Origin: Lama glama
Lineage: Eukaryota
DNA: 64,000 nucleotides
Assembly: GCA_028534125.1 (NCBI GenBank)
Contig: CM052818.1
Span: forward strand, 2,916,001-2,980,000
Reading direction: 5' to 3'
The notes beneath the pieces were generated by a model, which was given only the letters and a program-made list of their open reading frames with translations, did not search any database and was not told the origin of the DNA. Below are positions 1 through 14,207 of this stretch, piece after piece (position 1 is the stretch's first letter; every line of letters starts with the position of its first letter). A program made the translations under genes and the position numbers.

Positions 1-3000
1 TCATAGTCCAGAAATAAACATTGTTATTTTTATGGTAGCTCCCACACGTAGGACTGGACGTAGACCTCACGAAGGCCGTCCTAGGATGCGAAATGCCACG
101 GATGACAGGTAGAGAGGACACAGGTCAGCTTCCCTTGTGGATTCTGGGCTGAGGGACCGGTAGGGGGCATGAAGTAAGACAGTTCTCTTCACCATTACAT
201 GGAAATGATGTCTTTCAGAGTGAAGAGTGGAGCGTTGTCCAGGACACATGTTTTCCTTATTGGGCAGCCATAATTAGGGAAAGTTCACTTCGAACAAGGG
301 CCATAAAGGTGTATATATATGGAAGCCTTAGAAGCTGAGTTTCCTATATTTGCTTTTCCAGAAGTTGGTTTCCTAGGATAAAGTGATCTTTCTGTAAATA
401 CTCAATGTCCCCTGCAAAGGGGACCTTTCTTATAGGAGTAAATGATGCTTCATGTTACTATGGTAACATATGAAAAATAGAGGGTTTTTCCATGAGACCT
501 ATCTCCAAGGACCTTTTGAAAGTATGTTTTGAACAAGGTCCTGCTCTTTCGGCTGCCTACTAAAAGGGATGGGCCATGGGAAGGGGAGGTTGGGTCAACC
601 AAGATGGAACTGGCCTGACACCCTGACTGGCCCAACTGCTTGGTTTCAGAATCAAAACCTCTTCCACAGCAGTGTAGTCTTTTCCACAGCAGTGCCCTCA
701 AATCGCAACCACTTGGAGGGCTTGGTAAACCAGATTGCTGGGCAGGAGGTGAGGAGTTTGCATCGCTGTTTGTGGGGAGGAGAGGAAAGGGACACTTGGA
801 GACCCACCGCTCTACAGTTGGTTGCTGTTAGGGAAGCTTCTGGCTTAACCAGCTGCATTTTGCTGAAATAACGTTCTGATATTTCTAAATGCCACTGTGG
901 GTTTATGAGCCATTATTAACCACGATTAACGGTGCGCCTACGCCTGTCCTATTGACCAGAGCAGAGTTAGAAGTCGTGCTGCGAACTCTTAATTGTCCTA
1001 AGTGTTCTTGTGGAACCCATGGAAAATCTAACGAGTGTTATTAAACTTCAGCTGCCCAATGCTAGTCATGTCATGCTTTCTTTTTTGTGGATCACCAAAA
1101 ATTGACCATTGATTTAGTGCCAATTCAAATATTTTTAATCACCTCATTTTATAGTATGAACTTAATTCTGCACTAAAGCTAGTATGTTTCAGGTCACATC
1201 TAGATAGAGGATCGGGCTGCACTGAGGGTGACTTTTATTTTGCTTTCTCTTTTTCCTATGAAATGTCACGTATAAAAATCTTTCGCAGAATCAGGAAAGC
1301 CAGAAATCTAGGCTACCAGAACCATGTCTTAAGATTCCATTTCAAGTACAAGGCATATTCCCTTTAGACCAGCTCTAAAAATCTGGGTAAACTCTTTTGA
1401 AGCATTATGAATCAGTCATATTCAAGATGACTTAAATGGTTGTTACCTGGGCCTAGAAAAAGTAGAAAGTTTATTGAAATGGAATTGGATATATTTGCTA
1501 GTATGTTTCTTTCTCTTAAGTCAGAGGAAACAAAATTTTCTTTCACTCCCCTGAAGTATATTAGATGCCCTGTACTTTTCCCTTTAATTTTTTGTTGTCT
1601 CCTTACCTTGAAAACTTCAAGTTTTCTGCACGTGAGTGTCCACACCTCTCAAGTACTCGTGGATGGTGAGGGCTTCCTCCTCAAGAAGGGATTTTACACC
1701 CAACTCCTTTGTGTGACAGGCTTGTAGAACTTTGTGGAACTCCAATCTGCCATTGCCTTTGCTCTTTTGATTTTAATTCATGAATATGTTCACTTTTCTG
1801 GCTGGGAACCTTGACAGCAGAGTCCTGACCCCTCCACGTCCTGTCTTGAATTAACGTTGCTTGGTGCTTGCCCCCTTTTCCCTGCTCGTTCAAGGGCTTC
1901 TGGAGGGCACAGCCCTTGGGTCTTTGTCTTTGCCCTTGGACGCTGAGCACAGGTTGAGCCTCAGAGGAGACCAGAGAGCACTCGATGACCCTCTGGGGTG
2001 ACCAGTGCTGAAAACTCCAAGTATAGGCTCAATGGGCAAACACTTGACTGGGTAGGTAAGATTTATCCTGAAAAATTCTTTATTATGATAGTCAAGGGTG
2101 ATTGCAGATAAATTCTTATAACATTTGTGCAACTAATCTTCAGATAGTGCTTTATTGTTTTTTGAAAATAGATTATTGTTTCTGATGATTGCAAAAGCAT
2201 TTTTTTTTCCTCTAGAACCTTTGGAAAATTCAGGAAAGCATAAAAGAAAAACTATTTAATGACTTGTAATTCTACCACCCAAAGATGACTATGATTAACA
2301 TTCTTTTTGCACAGCCCGATAAATGACTGCATAGGTAGAGAGATACTCTTTAAAAGCATGTACGAATTCTGATGGGCTCACACTATTTAACTGATTTGTT
2401 TTTGTAACTTAAAAATCTTTCATTATAAGCATTTTTATGTCATTGAACATTCATCCATAACATCATTCCTAGTGCCTGGGAAATAATCCCTTGACTATAG
2501 TTATTAACATTTTGAAGCCCTTTGGCCATATATATTTTTCTTACTTCTCACTATTATGAATAATCCACACGCTGTTATTGGGAATATAAATCAATACAGC
2601 TATTTTTTGGAAGTCAATGTGGCCATAGCTATCAGTTTTAAGGGAGCATAATTTGGGTCATCAATTCCACTTTTTATATATATCCTACATAAATACCTGC
2701 TAAATGTGCAAAGGGAAATATGAAGAATGGTGATTGTTGACTTGCTGATAATAGCGACAAGTCGCCAGTACCACATTGTTATAATTATTCAAGAAGATTC
2801 TTTACATAAGTGACTTTCATATATGAATACAATGATTTATATGTACCTATTAGGTTTTTATGAAGTAATTAAACTCATAAAGGCAAGTTCTAGAACCATG
2901 TGTGTAGTACAGGGCCACAATTTGAATTGATTAGTTTTTATAACAGCATATATTAAATTTATCATGCTAAAGTCAAGGAACATAAATGATACAACAAACA

Positions 3001-3983
3001 TTCTTGTACGGAAATGTTTGGCACATCTTTGATTATTTAGGAGAAGTTTCTAGGAATTTGCCTTTTCTCCCACCAGCAGCATACACTCGCTGTCTACACT
3101 CTTCCATAACAGAAGTGAGTCTTAACATTTGCCAAGCTGATTGGAGAAAAAGATTGCAGTCCAATTTCATATGTAAAATACTACATTTTACATTGTTAGG
3201 GTGGGTACATTTGTTTATTGGCCATTCGTCATCTTATTTGCATCTTAACCTTTTCAGAAATTCTTTTCTTATCAATTGAGCATCCTTTCCTTAGAGCTTT
3301 ATAACACACTTTCTATAAAAAGGTTATTAATACTTGGCAATTATACCCCCATTTGTTGTTTGTCTTTCACTGTTTTGTTTACGGTGCTTTTGACATGCCT
3401 GAGGTTTTTGTTTTTATGTAGCAGAAACTATCAATTTTTCCCCTTAAGCTTTCTTCCTTTGCTTGCACAATTAGGAAAACCTTCCCTATCCTAAGATAAG
3501 CCAAATATTTACTTATTTTTTTCTTCCAGTTCTTTAGCAGTCTCTTTATGTTGAACTGTTCTATCTATAATCTAGTCTCATGTATGGTGTGAGGTACAAC
3601 TCATGTTTTATTTTTTTAGAATAGCCAACCAGTAAATATCCTCAACTGTCATTTCTGGAATAATCTATCCTTTCTACTGTGGTTTGAAATTACATTTTTT
3701 ATCATATGCTAAGTTCTTCTAAGTACTTGAATCTGTTTATGGAATTTCAGTTTCATTCTTTTATTCTGTATTTTTGCTCTTATGGTGAACTGTTCGTTCA
3801 CGTGATCTACTGAGAATTCATTGAGCACTGTTCTGTGCTGGGACTGCTTCTAGGCGTTGGGAATCAGCCAGGAATGATCCCTGGCCTCACAGATCTCATG
3901 TTCTTGTGGGTGAGACCTCTCCCCCTGTATTGTGTTCTAATTGGTTATGTCAGTATCTGAGACCTTTTTAAAAAATGTATTTA

Positions 3984-4193
3984 CAGTAGACCCTTGAACA
4001 GCGCAAGGGTTAAGGGGGCTGACCCTCCAAAAATCCACCTATAGTCAGCCTCGGTGTCTCCGTGTCCCAGGTTCCCCATCAGCAGACTCAGTCAGCCACG
4101 GATCATGTCGCACTGTAGTATTAACTGTTGAAAAAAGTCCACCTGTAAATGGACCCACACTGTTCAAACCTGTTTCTGTTCAAGGATCAACTG
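3984..4193. mobile_element. Tigger2/MER8-like non-autonomous DNA transposon (TcMar-Tigger)
   Basis: Terminal inverted repeats cagtagacccttgaaca ... tgttcaaggatcaactg, flanked by TA on both sides. Confidence 0.85.
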
Positions 4194-4377
4194 TAGTTTA
4201 TAATGGGTTTTGTTAATTCTGATAGCCCTGCAGTTGATTCTCTTGGGTTTCACAGGTAGATGATCGCGCGGTCTTTAACAGTGATAACTTTGCCTCCTTC
4301 CTTTTAATCTTTTCATCCCATTACTTTTGCTTATCTTATTGTGCTGGCTAGGACTTTAATAACAACGTTCTTTAAAT

Positions 4378-4598
4378 TCTTATTTTTTATTGAAGTATAA
4401 TAGATTTACAATGTTAGTTTCATGTATACAGCAAAGAATTCAGCCATACGGATACATACAAATGTATTTTTTTCAGATTCTTTTCCATTACAGCTCATTA
4501 CAAGAAACTGAAAATAGTTCCCTGTGCTATACAGTAGGTCCTTGTTGTTTATCTATTTTATATATAGTGATGTGTATCTGTTAATCCCAAACTCCTAA
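4378..4598 (-). mobile_element. Truncated L1 3' end
   Basis: polyT-attgaagtata...ttccctgtgctatacagtaggtccttgttgtttatc motif shared with other copies in the window. Confidence 0.85.
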
Positions 4599-5461
4599 AG
4601 GAATAACATTTTTTAAGGCAGTAGATATTTTTGTATTTTTCTTGACATACTGATAATATTTAGTAGCATTGAACAGTTAAGTATGAAGCTGACTTTTTGG
4701 TTGTTTATATATACATATACACATGTATTTATATATTTGTATACATGTATATATTTGTGTATATGTATGTATTTATATATAAGTATGTTTATATTTATAT
4801 ATGTATGTGTATATATACATACAAACTTTGTCTTGTTAATGAAATGTACTTCTCTTCCTAACTTAGTAAAAGATCGGGTATTTTGTTTTGTGTTTCAAAG
4901 CAGGGGAGATAATGTGTGTGTTGTGTGTGTGTTTCTTTTAATGTTTTGAGGTTATTTATTGACTCAATTAAATTAAGGCCATTCTTAAATTCCTAGAATG
5001 AACCCTTCTTGGCTATGTGGTATTATTCTCTGATCTGTTCTGAAGTATTTGGGACCTTTTTTTCTTTTTTTTTTAGATTTTGATATCAGTGTTATGTCAG
5101 CTTTGTAAGATAAATTTTAAAGGTTCCGTCTGTTTTATGCTTTGGAATGGTTGAAATAGCATGGAAATCAAAAGGTTCTGTGAAGGCTTGAAAGAAATTG
5201 CTTTTGAAACTTCTGGGCCCAGTCCCTTTTTAGTGGTCAGTTCAAGTTTTCTACTTCTTGAGTCATTTTTGGTAATGATTTATTTTCTTCCTAATCTATT
5301 CAATTCAGATTTCTAAAGCTTTGGCACAGATTTGTAAATGATCTGCTTTTAATTAAAAGTTTTTCTTTTGCATCTGTAACCACAGTGAATATGACTTTAC
5401 GAAGGATGAAACAAAGTAAGCACTTGGGTCCCCCAAAATAAAATATATTTTTAATTTTTTT

Positions 5462-5961
5462 NNNNNNNNNNNNNNNNNNNNNNNNNNNNNNNNNNNNNNN
5501 NNNNNNNNNNNNNNNNNNNNNNNNNNNNNNNNNNNNNNNNNNNNNNNNNNNNNNNNNNNNNNNNNNNNNNNNNNNNNNNNNNNNNNNNNNNNNNNNNNNN
5601 NNNNNNNNNNNNNNNNNNNNNNNNNNNNNNNNNNNNNNNNNNNNNNNNNNNNNNNNNNNNNNNNNNNNNNNNNNNNNNNNNNNNNNNNNNNNNNNNNNNN
5701 NNNNNNNNNNNNNNNNNNNNNNNNNNNNNNNNNNNNNNNNNNNNNNNNNNNNNNNNNNNNNNNNNNNNNNNNNNNNNNNNNNNNNNNNNNNNNNNNNNNN
5801 NNNNNNNNNNNNNNNNNNNNNNNNNNNNNNNNNNNNNNNNNNNNNNNNNNNNNNNNNNNNNNNNNNNNNNNNNNNNNNNNNNNNNNNNNNNNNNNNNNNN
5901 NNNNNNNNNNNNNNNNNNNNNNNNNNNNNNNNNNNNNNNNNNNNNNNNNNNNNNNNNNNNN
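5462..5961. other. Assembly gap (500 N)
   Basis: Exactly 500 N, probably a placeholder size. Confidence 1.
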
Positions 5962-7279
5962 GGTTGGATGAGTAAATGCCAGGTTTCCGGGTTCTCCAGC
6001 TCCAGTGAATCGGAATCAGAACTGACACAGAGCCGTGCCTGGGGGAGCCTGGGGTAGAAGTGAGGAAGGAATTCCTGAGGGTCGGTGGGTTTTCCGGTTC
6101 CCCACCTGCATACGCTGAGGACTCACATGCCTCCAACTCTGTTTTCAAGCTGGTGACCTCTTCAAAAAATTCTCTTCCAATTTGCATGTATCCGAAACCT
6201 TAGTAGGTGCGAGGCGTTGTGCCGGGGGTGCGGGTGGAGATAGTAAGATATGGCGGCTGACCACACCAGGGGGAAGGGGAGACATGAAAACTTCTTAGCT
6301 ACAAGGTAAGGTCAAATAAGGATGGCTTGGAGGAAGAAATGATTATTTCTGCCATTCGAGGCTTTCAGAGGTTAGTTTGATCCCCACAGGTAGAGGAGGA
6401 GGCAGCCAGCTCAGGAGGGCAACGTGAGAGCAATGGTAACATAGTAGTGCCCACGTGTTGCGTGCTTACGAGGTGCCACTCAGTATAGTCCTCGTGTATC
6501 CTGAATCCCCTTGCTTGATCTTTACAGTAACCCTGGGTGGGAGCTGGATACCTTATCTCTTTTTACTGCAAAAGAAACCGAGCGGAGTTTGGAGGAAAGG
6601 AGTGCTGTGGTCCAGAAGTGCTTCAGGAAGCCCACTCAGGCAGCAGGAGCGAAGGGAAAAAAGCTGTTGTCAGGAAAACCAGGGAGGCAGCTGTCGTGAC
6701 AACCCAGAGGAGAGAGGGCAGTGGCAGTAGGGATGCGGCCGGGTGGGTAAGATGGACAAGGTGGAGGCAGGGCGTGTAGGAGGCCTCGGCTTGGACACGT
6801 GGTAAAGAAGAGGGAGGGGTCGGTGATGGCTGTCGGGTCTTCAGCCCCACCTAGAACCACGGAGGAGGAGGTGGAACAGGTCAGGGGACAGATGAGTTCA
6901 TGTTTGAACACGTGGTTTGAGGTCCAGTCCTCTGGAGAGGGGTCAGGGCTGGAGACGGTGCTGGGGGCATGGAAGTGAGGAAGTGTCTGTGGGAACATGG
7001 GATTTGTGTGTTAACTTCAGCAGCCCATAGTCATCCATACCAGCTATACTATGTGTATAGCATATATGCTCTCTCTCTATGCTATACACACACACACATA
7101 TTATATATGCTATATATCTATATATTGCACAGTACACATACATATCCACTATATATACTGTCTATACCATATACAGGTGGAGGAAAACGGACTCTTTCAT
7201 ACTATGTAGCAAAGGCCATACATAGAATATGTACACACACACAAGGGTCCGTTTTCCTCCAACTTTGTGTACTCCGTTT

Positions 7280-7435
7280 CATTTTATTTAACCCTTTCAA
7301 CAGTCGTGCGAGGAAGCGTTAGCCCTGTTTTTGGCTGAGGACACAGAGGTTCAGTGAGATTAGATAACACAGCCAAGGTCTCACAGGGAAGGAGTGGCAG
7401 AGCCAGGATTTGAACCCAGGCCTGCCAGCAAGGCT
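7280..7435 (-). mobile_element. MIR SINE
   Basis: MIR core-like gaggacacagaggttcagtgagattag...ccaaggtctcacag...gcagagccaggatttgaacccagg. Confidence 0.75.
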
Positions 7436-10400
7436 CCTTTTGGCTCTGCAGTAATAGACCCTGAGTCAGAATTAGAAAATGGTAGAGGTTGGCAATGCAG
7501 GGACCCATCTGCCTATCTCCTCCGCCTCCCTGATCCTGAAACTCACTCTGAACACACAGATATGGAGAATACCCCTGAGCATTCAGGTAACACCGGCTCA
7601 TTTTCCATGATGTCACAGTCATGAGATATTGCCTTAGACTCATCACGTGGGACTTTGCGGCTTATGGCCACCCTGGGGTCATTAGGAAGGGCAGCTGAGT
7701 GTCCCACGCTCACTGACCCAAGAGCATCCCTTGTGGACCATAAGCTTGGAATATATCATCAAGCCAATGTCAAGACTGCAATGGAAATGTAGAAATGGAA
7801 AGTGGTCTTCTAGGTTTCGGTTTAGGATCTCTCCCATCTAAACGCCGTGCTAAACTGAAAGACAAGATTGCTGTAAACCGAGCATGCTCATCGAGACAAG
7901 CACACACAGCCTTCATCTCGCCTGATTCTTGTTCAAGGCAAAGGATCCACCTGCAAAGTGTTAGAATAAAGCCAAGCATGTCCCCCATCTCCCCGGATGG
8001 ATCGGTGGTTGAGGCAGATGCACAGCTCTGTATCTTCATAGAATTTAAGGACTGGGCAGATCTTCTGGCCCAACTCTGTCATTTAAACATAAAGAGCCCG
8101 AGACTGAGAGAGGTGAAGGGACTTGCTAAAGGTGACACCATTCACCCATGACCCTGGTCTCTGGGCTCCCTGTGACCTGCGTTACCCATGTCGCAGTACA
8201 TCTGCCTTAGATCCAGAAGAGAAGAGGAGGCGGCGGTGTTTTCTCGCCTGTCTGTGTTCTTTGGCTGTTCTTCACGGGGTGGGGGAGCGGAGAGGGGCCA
8301 GCGGGGCCCTGTACCATGAACTTGCAATGTCTGTCACTTACAAGCTGGGTGGCCTTGGCCAGGTTACTTAATCCCCTGTACCTGCACTTTCTTCCCTCTA
8401 AACTGGGAGCCTACTTCCAGGACCTACTTCCTAGGACTGGCTTTGACTATTGAATGAGCTGATGCCTGTCATGAGTGCTTAAATGCTGCTACTATTATTG
8501 TTAATAACACTCACAGACACAATAACAGCTGAACAAGGTGAGGAGGGAGCTTGGGAGACCAATCAGGCGCCGGTGGGCTTCCCTCTAGCGCCCGCCACTA
8601 GCATTACACGTGTCTTCCTGGGTAGCCTGTCCCAGGTCATGGCTGTTTGGGCGCAGAGTCAGGCCCTCACTTGTGTGGATTTGTAACTGAAAGCTGCCCC
8701 CTCCCCGCACAGTTGGTTTCTTTGCTCTGTGCGTCAGGACCCGCCACCTGAAACGCAACACTGCCCGTTTCAAATCATTTCTCAATAAGACCCTCCTTGG
8801 GTAGCAGAGTCCAATCTGTGTTTTGAAAGCCGTGTTCCAGATGCTGGGATGGTGAAAGAAAGAGCCTTCTGTCCCCTGAGCCCGTCTGCCCAAGGCGATT
8901 CATTCCCGTCTCACATATCTCTAAACCCTCCTTGCCTTCCCCCTGAGTTTTCCCAATCCTGTCTGGCCAGTTCCTCCACAAAATTCTCTGCCACTTTGCC
9001 TGCCATCCTCTGAAGCCGGGGTCACTGATGTCTCTGTGAGCTCCCCCTCCTGCCCCTGCCTGCAGTGCATTCCCTTTTCCTTTCTTCCTAATCCGTTCGG
9101 ACCCTGAAGCCGACATCTGCACCTGGCTATCAAACCTCTTGCGCTTAAAAATACTGATGATGTCACACAACACTGCAGTTTTTGCTGTGCTATTAAAAAA
9201 CCCCCATGTTGGTCGGTAAAATTCAAATGTTGGAATATAATTCATAAGAGAAGATACCTCAGAACCTGGTACCAGAAGATAGCTTAGGACCCAGCAGGCC
9301 CTGGGTTCCTTGTGACCCATTTACACATGGCTGTCCCTGGGTGTCGCCTGAGGACCTCGCGCTGAGATGTAGGATCCTTACCATCTAGGTACCACCCTCA
9401 CCTCCTAAGCTCCTGCTCTGTCCCTTACCGCCCCCCAGCCCCCAGCATGGTCAGAGAGGAAGTGGTGACCCTGGCTGCCTCCCAAACACCTGCACTCCCT
9501 TCTGCCTCTCTCTTTCACCCGATTCCCGCCCCTCCCACCTGCATTAATTCTTTACCCAGAGGCCTCTCCTTGGTGCCGCCTCTAAATCCAGAGCATCCTT
9601 CATCCAAAAGGACCCGCTGCAGCGTCTCTCCAGCCTCCTCACATCTCCCTGACCCCCACCCAAACTCGCCCTCACCTCTTCACACAGGAAGCCTAGCTTA
9701 GGGCATCTAGAGACGGAAGAGATGTGGAGCCCTTGATTTTACAGAGGGAACAACTGATCCATGGAGTGGAGTAGGTCAGAGCCTGGGAGCAAATACTGGC
9801 TGCAGCAGCGGCCAGAGCAGGGCATGGTCAACTCTGCTGGAGTGACTGGAGACTTGAGGATGCTCCTCCCAGGTTGTGGTCCTAGAGCTGACTGTCTGCA
9901 GAGGAGGTGAGACGGTTACCAGGCCAGTAAGTGGAAGAGGTCGGAGGGGTGAAGGCGCAGCCTGGGCCCCAATCCTGTGCATGACTGAGGGGCTGCACGG
10001 AGGGGCCGGAGGGACGCCCTGCTCTGTGGTCCAGGGGAGGTGGTGCCCGGCATCTGCCAGCAGCCTTTCCCACTGGCACAGTGGGGGGTGGGCTTCACGA
10101 TGGCTGCACCTTGTGAGTTTACCAGATTCGTAGGCTAGCCTCTCTCTTGACGTTCTTTCTGCAGGAAACGTTCATCTACCTTCCAAACAGCTGACATATA
10201 AGTCCTACAACCCTGTCCTTCCTGGAAGGCAGCCTCTAGGTCCCACTCTATCTCGGGGAGGGGGAGCCGCCTTTCACAAGGCCTTTCTTCCGTTGCATGT
10301 GGTTTTCCCCTCACCACCACCCCCCTTTTCATTTCTTTTGAAAGTTCACCATCCAGGGATTCCCCTCTTGGGAGCTATTTAAACAGAAATGGGATGCTGG

Positions 10401-10954
10401 CAGGAGCAGCCCAGCCGAGATCCCTGGCCCAGAGGAAGGCTGGCCGGGTGGCCCTGTGGCAGGCGGGGTCCAGCTTTGAACCTCAGGCGAGACACACCTG
10501 TGGCTGCAGGCTGCCAAGCCTCCGTCTGAGCTGAGTGTTGTCTGCCTGGAGCCACTGACTGGCGGCTGTCCCTGTGGCTGTGCTGTCCCCACACAGGTGC
10601 TCCAGGGAAGGGTTTCCTGTGTCTCTGACAAGCCTCGGAGCCTGCCAAGGCCACCTGTTTCTGGGAGGCCTTCCCAAGCACAGCCCGGGGGGCTGGCAGG
10701 CGGGGCGGCTGGGCCACTGGGAGGCTGGACATGCACACCCTTGCCCCTCCCAGCAGACCTTGCTCGTAGTGGGGGAAACTGGGGGCAGTGGGAAAACCCC
10801 AGGAGGCAGCGGATGTGGCCTCCGGAAGAGACAGATGAAGTCTCGTGGCTGCTGAATCTGTTGCTTGAGCTCATTTGAGGGTTGTAACTGGTAAATACAC
10901 ATCTATCTACCCGGGTGTCATGGCAGGCTATGGTCAGAGGCACTGTCGTGTGGT

Positions 10955-11180
10955 GTGGTAATTAAAACACTGTCTTGGGCACAGGAGTTGGAAAGACTCA
11001 CATTTGAATTTGGTAGCAGGACCTTGGGCAAATTTCTCTACCTCTCTAAGCCTCAGTTTCCTCATCTGTAAAACCGGGTGTTTCCATGGGCTGGGCCAGA
11101 AGGCAGGGCAGCTGGGAGGTGCCCCATATTGTGGGTCATCGCGACGACTAAATAAGATAACACGTGGGAAAGCCAAGTGG
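10955..11180 (+). mobile_element. MIR SINE
   Basis: gaccttgggcaaatttctctacctctctaagcctcagtttcctcatctgtaaaa core. Confidence 0.75.
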
Positions 11181-13324
11181 TGGACCTGGAGCCGGCACAT
11201 GCCCAGGAGGCGGTACCCACCCACCTGAGACGTGAAAGAGGCCTGACCCCGTCTTTCTGGTCTGGGACCCTTTTAGGGGGCTGACCGCACAGTGAAAGGA
11301 AAGCAGAGGCCTCCCCTCCCATCACAGGGTCTCAACTGAAATTGTGCTCGAGTGGAGATTGCAGAGACAGCCCAGGGCACTAAGGCTTTGCTTTCCACCG
11401 GAACGTGAGGGCTTAGAAAGGAACGATTCTTCTTGTATTGTTCAAATTATGAATAAAAAGCCATTGTCTTTCATCTGTGGAACATGGTGGTTTTGCAAAG
11501 TCTAATTAATTCCCAAAACATCTTTGCAGGTTTGGCAGCTGACGGCTTCCAGGTGAGGAGCGGGGGGGGGGGGGGCAAAGGACTTGCCCCAAGGCTGGGG
11601 AGCGACTCTGCCCTGTCCTGGCTGCAGTTGGACAGTAATTGCTTTCTTGTTTTGGTTTTGCTTAAGCCGAAGTCAATGTGGAGCCCAGGAACTGTACAGA
11701 CCGATGGAATATGGGGCCAGGGAGGGAGGTGGGAAGGCAACTCATTCGTCCGGGGACAGTTTGCGACAGGCCAGTGGCCCTTGCTCTTGAGAGGTATGCA
11801 GAGCATCCCCAGTCGTTCCTTTTGGTACCACAGGTCACTGGCCACCTTTGGCCCAGAGTGGTTTGTGGCGGTGCCAGCAAAGTCAGATCGTGACGGGTCC
11901 CCAGCTGACAGTGCGGAACCACTAAGACTTCTCCTGCCTCTGGTAGGAAAGCCTCACTTTAATGTTTGGTGTGTGGATTACAAACTCGGCTTTTTAGGTC
12001 TGTCCAGAGAACCCTAGGACCATGCTTCCAAAGTTGATGTCCTTTGAGCAGCAAGAAAGAATTGCATGGCACAATGTGTGATTTTTACTTTCTCTCCTCG
12101 TCCCCCACCCTCGCCTGGTCTCCCCCGACGCAACTCCAGCCCAAATGTCTGGTTCAGCACTCTGTAGGAGTATCTGGGAAACCCATGCCAGGCCTGCAGT
12201 AAAAGCAGTCTGAAGTTTTTGAGACATTACTCATTTTAAAGGCCTGAAGGAAAGTCACAAACAGATCTCTTTATCTGGTCCAAGTGTGGTTCCTCCTTGA
12301 GAGTCAAAGGCTTGTGCATCTGCAGAGTGAAAGGGGGAAGGAGCGCTCACAACCTGTGCAGCGAGGGGCGCACCGGTCCTGAACACTGGGGTGGGGGTCA
12401 CAGCACAGAAGTTTGCCTGTTTTCTGTGCTGCCACTGGGCTAACTCACTGGTGGCCCAGCCTCTTTGCACAGCCACCAGGACATCTTTTTGCAGTTCAGT
12501 TTTCGGAAGTCATTCTGACTTAGTTCATGCTGATTGCATAACTCAGAGAGGTTCCTTCTTCCTCAGAATTTTGCTACTGTTTCCAGAAACCTCCGGTACT
12601 GTAACGTGCGGGCACATAAGGTCATCTGCTGGCAGGGGTGGCTTCACGGGTGTGCAATGCGTGTGGTCACAGAGCCTCATGCTCAGGTGTGCCCTCGGCT
12701 CGGGGTCTAACGCTATAAAGCTGCAGTCTTGAAATTCTTAAGTTTTCTCTGTGCTTGTGTCTTGTAAGTGAAGTCCAGGGGACAGCGGGGTAGGCGCTGG
12801 GGGCTTGAGCATCAGTTACCATGGTCCCACCTCCCGCCACCTCCCTGCCACCCCTGGATGGGTTCCTGCCCCTGCCACACGGGGCCTGGGTACAGGAAAG
12901 GTTGGGGTGAGGTGCATGCACCCACAGCATCTTGGGCAGGGCATGATGGCAGGTGCCCCATCCCGGGCTGGCAGCCCCACTATGTGTTCAGTGGATGATT
13001 GACAGGGGTGAGTCTCTCCCCTCTTCCGACCCAGGTCCCCAGGTTGGATGTGGCAACACCCTCGGGAGTCAGCTGCCCACCCTGGGCTGAGGCGACTGGT
13101 TTCTGGGAAGAAGAAATCCTTGACTAGCTCTTTCTGCCCCCAGCTGGGTCTCGGCACGTCCATCCCGCTGCTGGCCGAGGGGAAACCCAGCAGCCGGTGG
13201 TCACATGCACGCTTGTGCACTGAGCCAGGGGCCTCGAGCACCCCTGAGCGCTCACCCTGCACATCTCACACCCTAAAGACAGCAAGATCATAAAGAGCAA
13301 ATAAAAGGCCTCATGACACACACA

Positions 13325-13450
13325 ACAGTGTGTGTGCAGTTAAAGCCACTGAACTGTGCCCTTAAAAAGGGTCAAAATAGCACATTTTATGTATATTTTA
13401 CCACAATAAAAAAATATTTATAAGGTGTTTAAAAAAACAAACAAAAAAAA
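13325..13450 (+). mobile_element. Older L1 (L1MB-like) extreme 3' end
   Basis: gccactgaactgt...ttaaaa...attttatgtatattttaccacaataaaaaaa followed by an A-rich tail. Confidence 0.7.
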
Positions 13451-13570
13451 CAAGCAACACATAACAAGTGAAGAGAGACCAGGAAAGGAAGGAAAAAGCT
13501 TTATATACTCTCATAGGCAGTTTTTTCCTGATTTTTTTTTAACCCAGAATACCATAATCTGCTTGCCTCA

Positions 13571-13961
13571 TTTTTTTTTAATTGAAGTGTAGTTGACTTA
13601 CAATGTTGTATCAGTTTCTGGCATACAGTATAGTGATTCAGTTATACACGTATATGTACATATTCTTTCTCATTATAGGTTACTACAAGCCATTGAATAT
13701 AGTTCCCTGTGCTATGCAGTAGTAGGACCTTGCTGTTCATCTATTTTATATATAGTAGTTAGTATCTGCAAATCACAAACTTCTAGTTTATCCCTTCCTA
13801 CCCCTTCCCCTCAGTAACCATAAATTTGTTTTCTATGTGTATGAGTCCCTTTCTGCTTTGTAAATAAATTCGTTTGTGTCCTTTTTTAGATTCCACATAT
13901 AAATGATACCATATGATGTTTGTCTTTCTCTGACTGAGTTATTTCACTTAGCATGATCATC
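13571..13961 (-). mobile_element. Truncated L1 3' end, ending about 190 bp upstream of exon 2
   Basis: polyT-attgaagtgtagttgacttacaatgttg ... tagattccacatataaatgatacc ... ttcacttagcatgat. Confidence 0.9.
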
Positions 13962-14153
13962 TTTTCCTGCTTTTTGCACCAAGGGTCCTGCGTGTTCATT
14001 TCGCACTGAGCTGCCCAAATTACGTCGCCAAGCCTGCCTGTTGGCCACTTTGTAAACTACCGACTCTTTCCCTTTCAAGGGGCCGACCCTCGAAGCCTGG
14101 GAAAGTTGGATGTTGAGCAGCCTCTCACCTGTCCTCTCTTCTCCCCGCAACAG

Positions 14154-14207
14154 GTATTTTGTTGGCTGTGTGCCAGGCCCTGGAGAACAGCACGTCTGCC
14201 CTGAGTG
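14154..14207 (+). CDS. TGFA: TGFA coding exon 2 (end of signal peptide and pro-region: GILLAVCQALENSTSALS)
   Basis: Polypyrimidine tract and CAG acceptor at 14151-14153; GTGAGT donor at 14208; 54 nt, phase 1/1. The translation matches mammalian proTGF-alpha, including the NST glycosylation sequon. Too short for the ORF track. Confidence 0.97.

Larger units (their letters stand above)
3100..5340 (-). mobile_element. Old degenerate L1 (L1M-type) remnant interrupted by younger insertions
   Basis: T-rich sequence with recognisable antisense L1 ORF2/3' motifs (e.g. ttattgtgctggctaggac, gatatcagtgttatg, ttctgggcccag). Boundaries approximate. Confidence 0.6.

Noticed and set aside
5462..5961. Possibility that TGFA exon 1 is hidden in the first gap
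   Set aside because: The flanks are L1-derived or ordinary intron rather than CpG island, and TGFA intron 1 is tens of kb long as I recall from human. It cannot be fully excluded.
5300..6187. Long ORFs spanning N runs (also 38919..39588)
   Set aside because: Artefacts of translating through assembly gaps.
10727..10746. p53/p63 response element (ggacatgcac acccttgccc)
   Set aside because: Three mismatches to RRRCWWGYYY x2; expected by chance in 64 kb.
10329..10943. Cluster of overlapping ORFs (up to 204 aa)
   Set aside because: Stop-codon scarcity in GC-rich intron; no homology or splice support.
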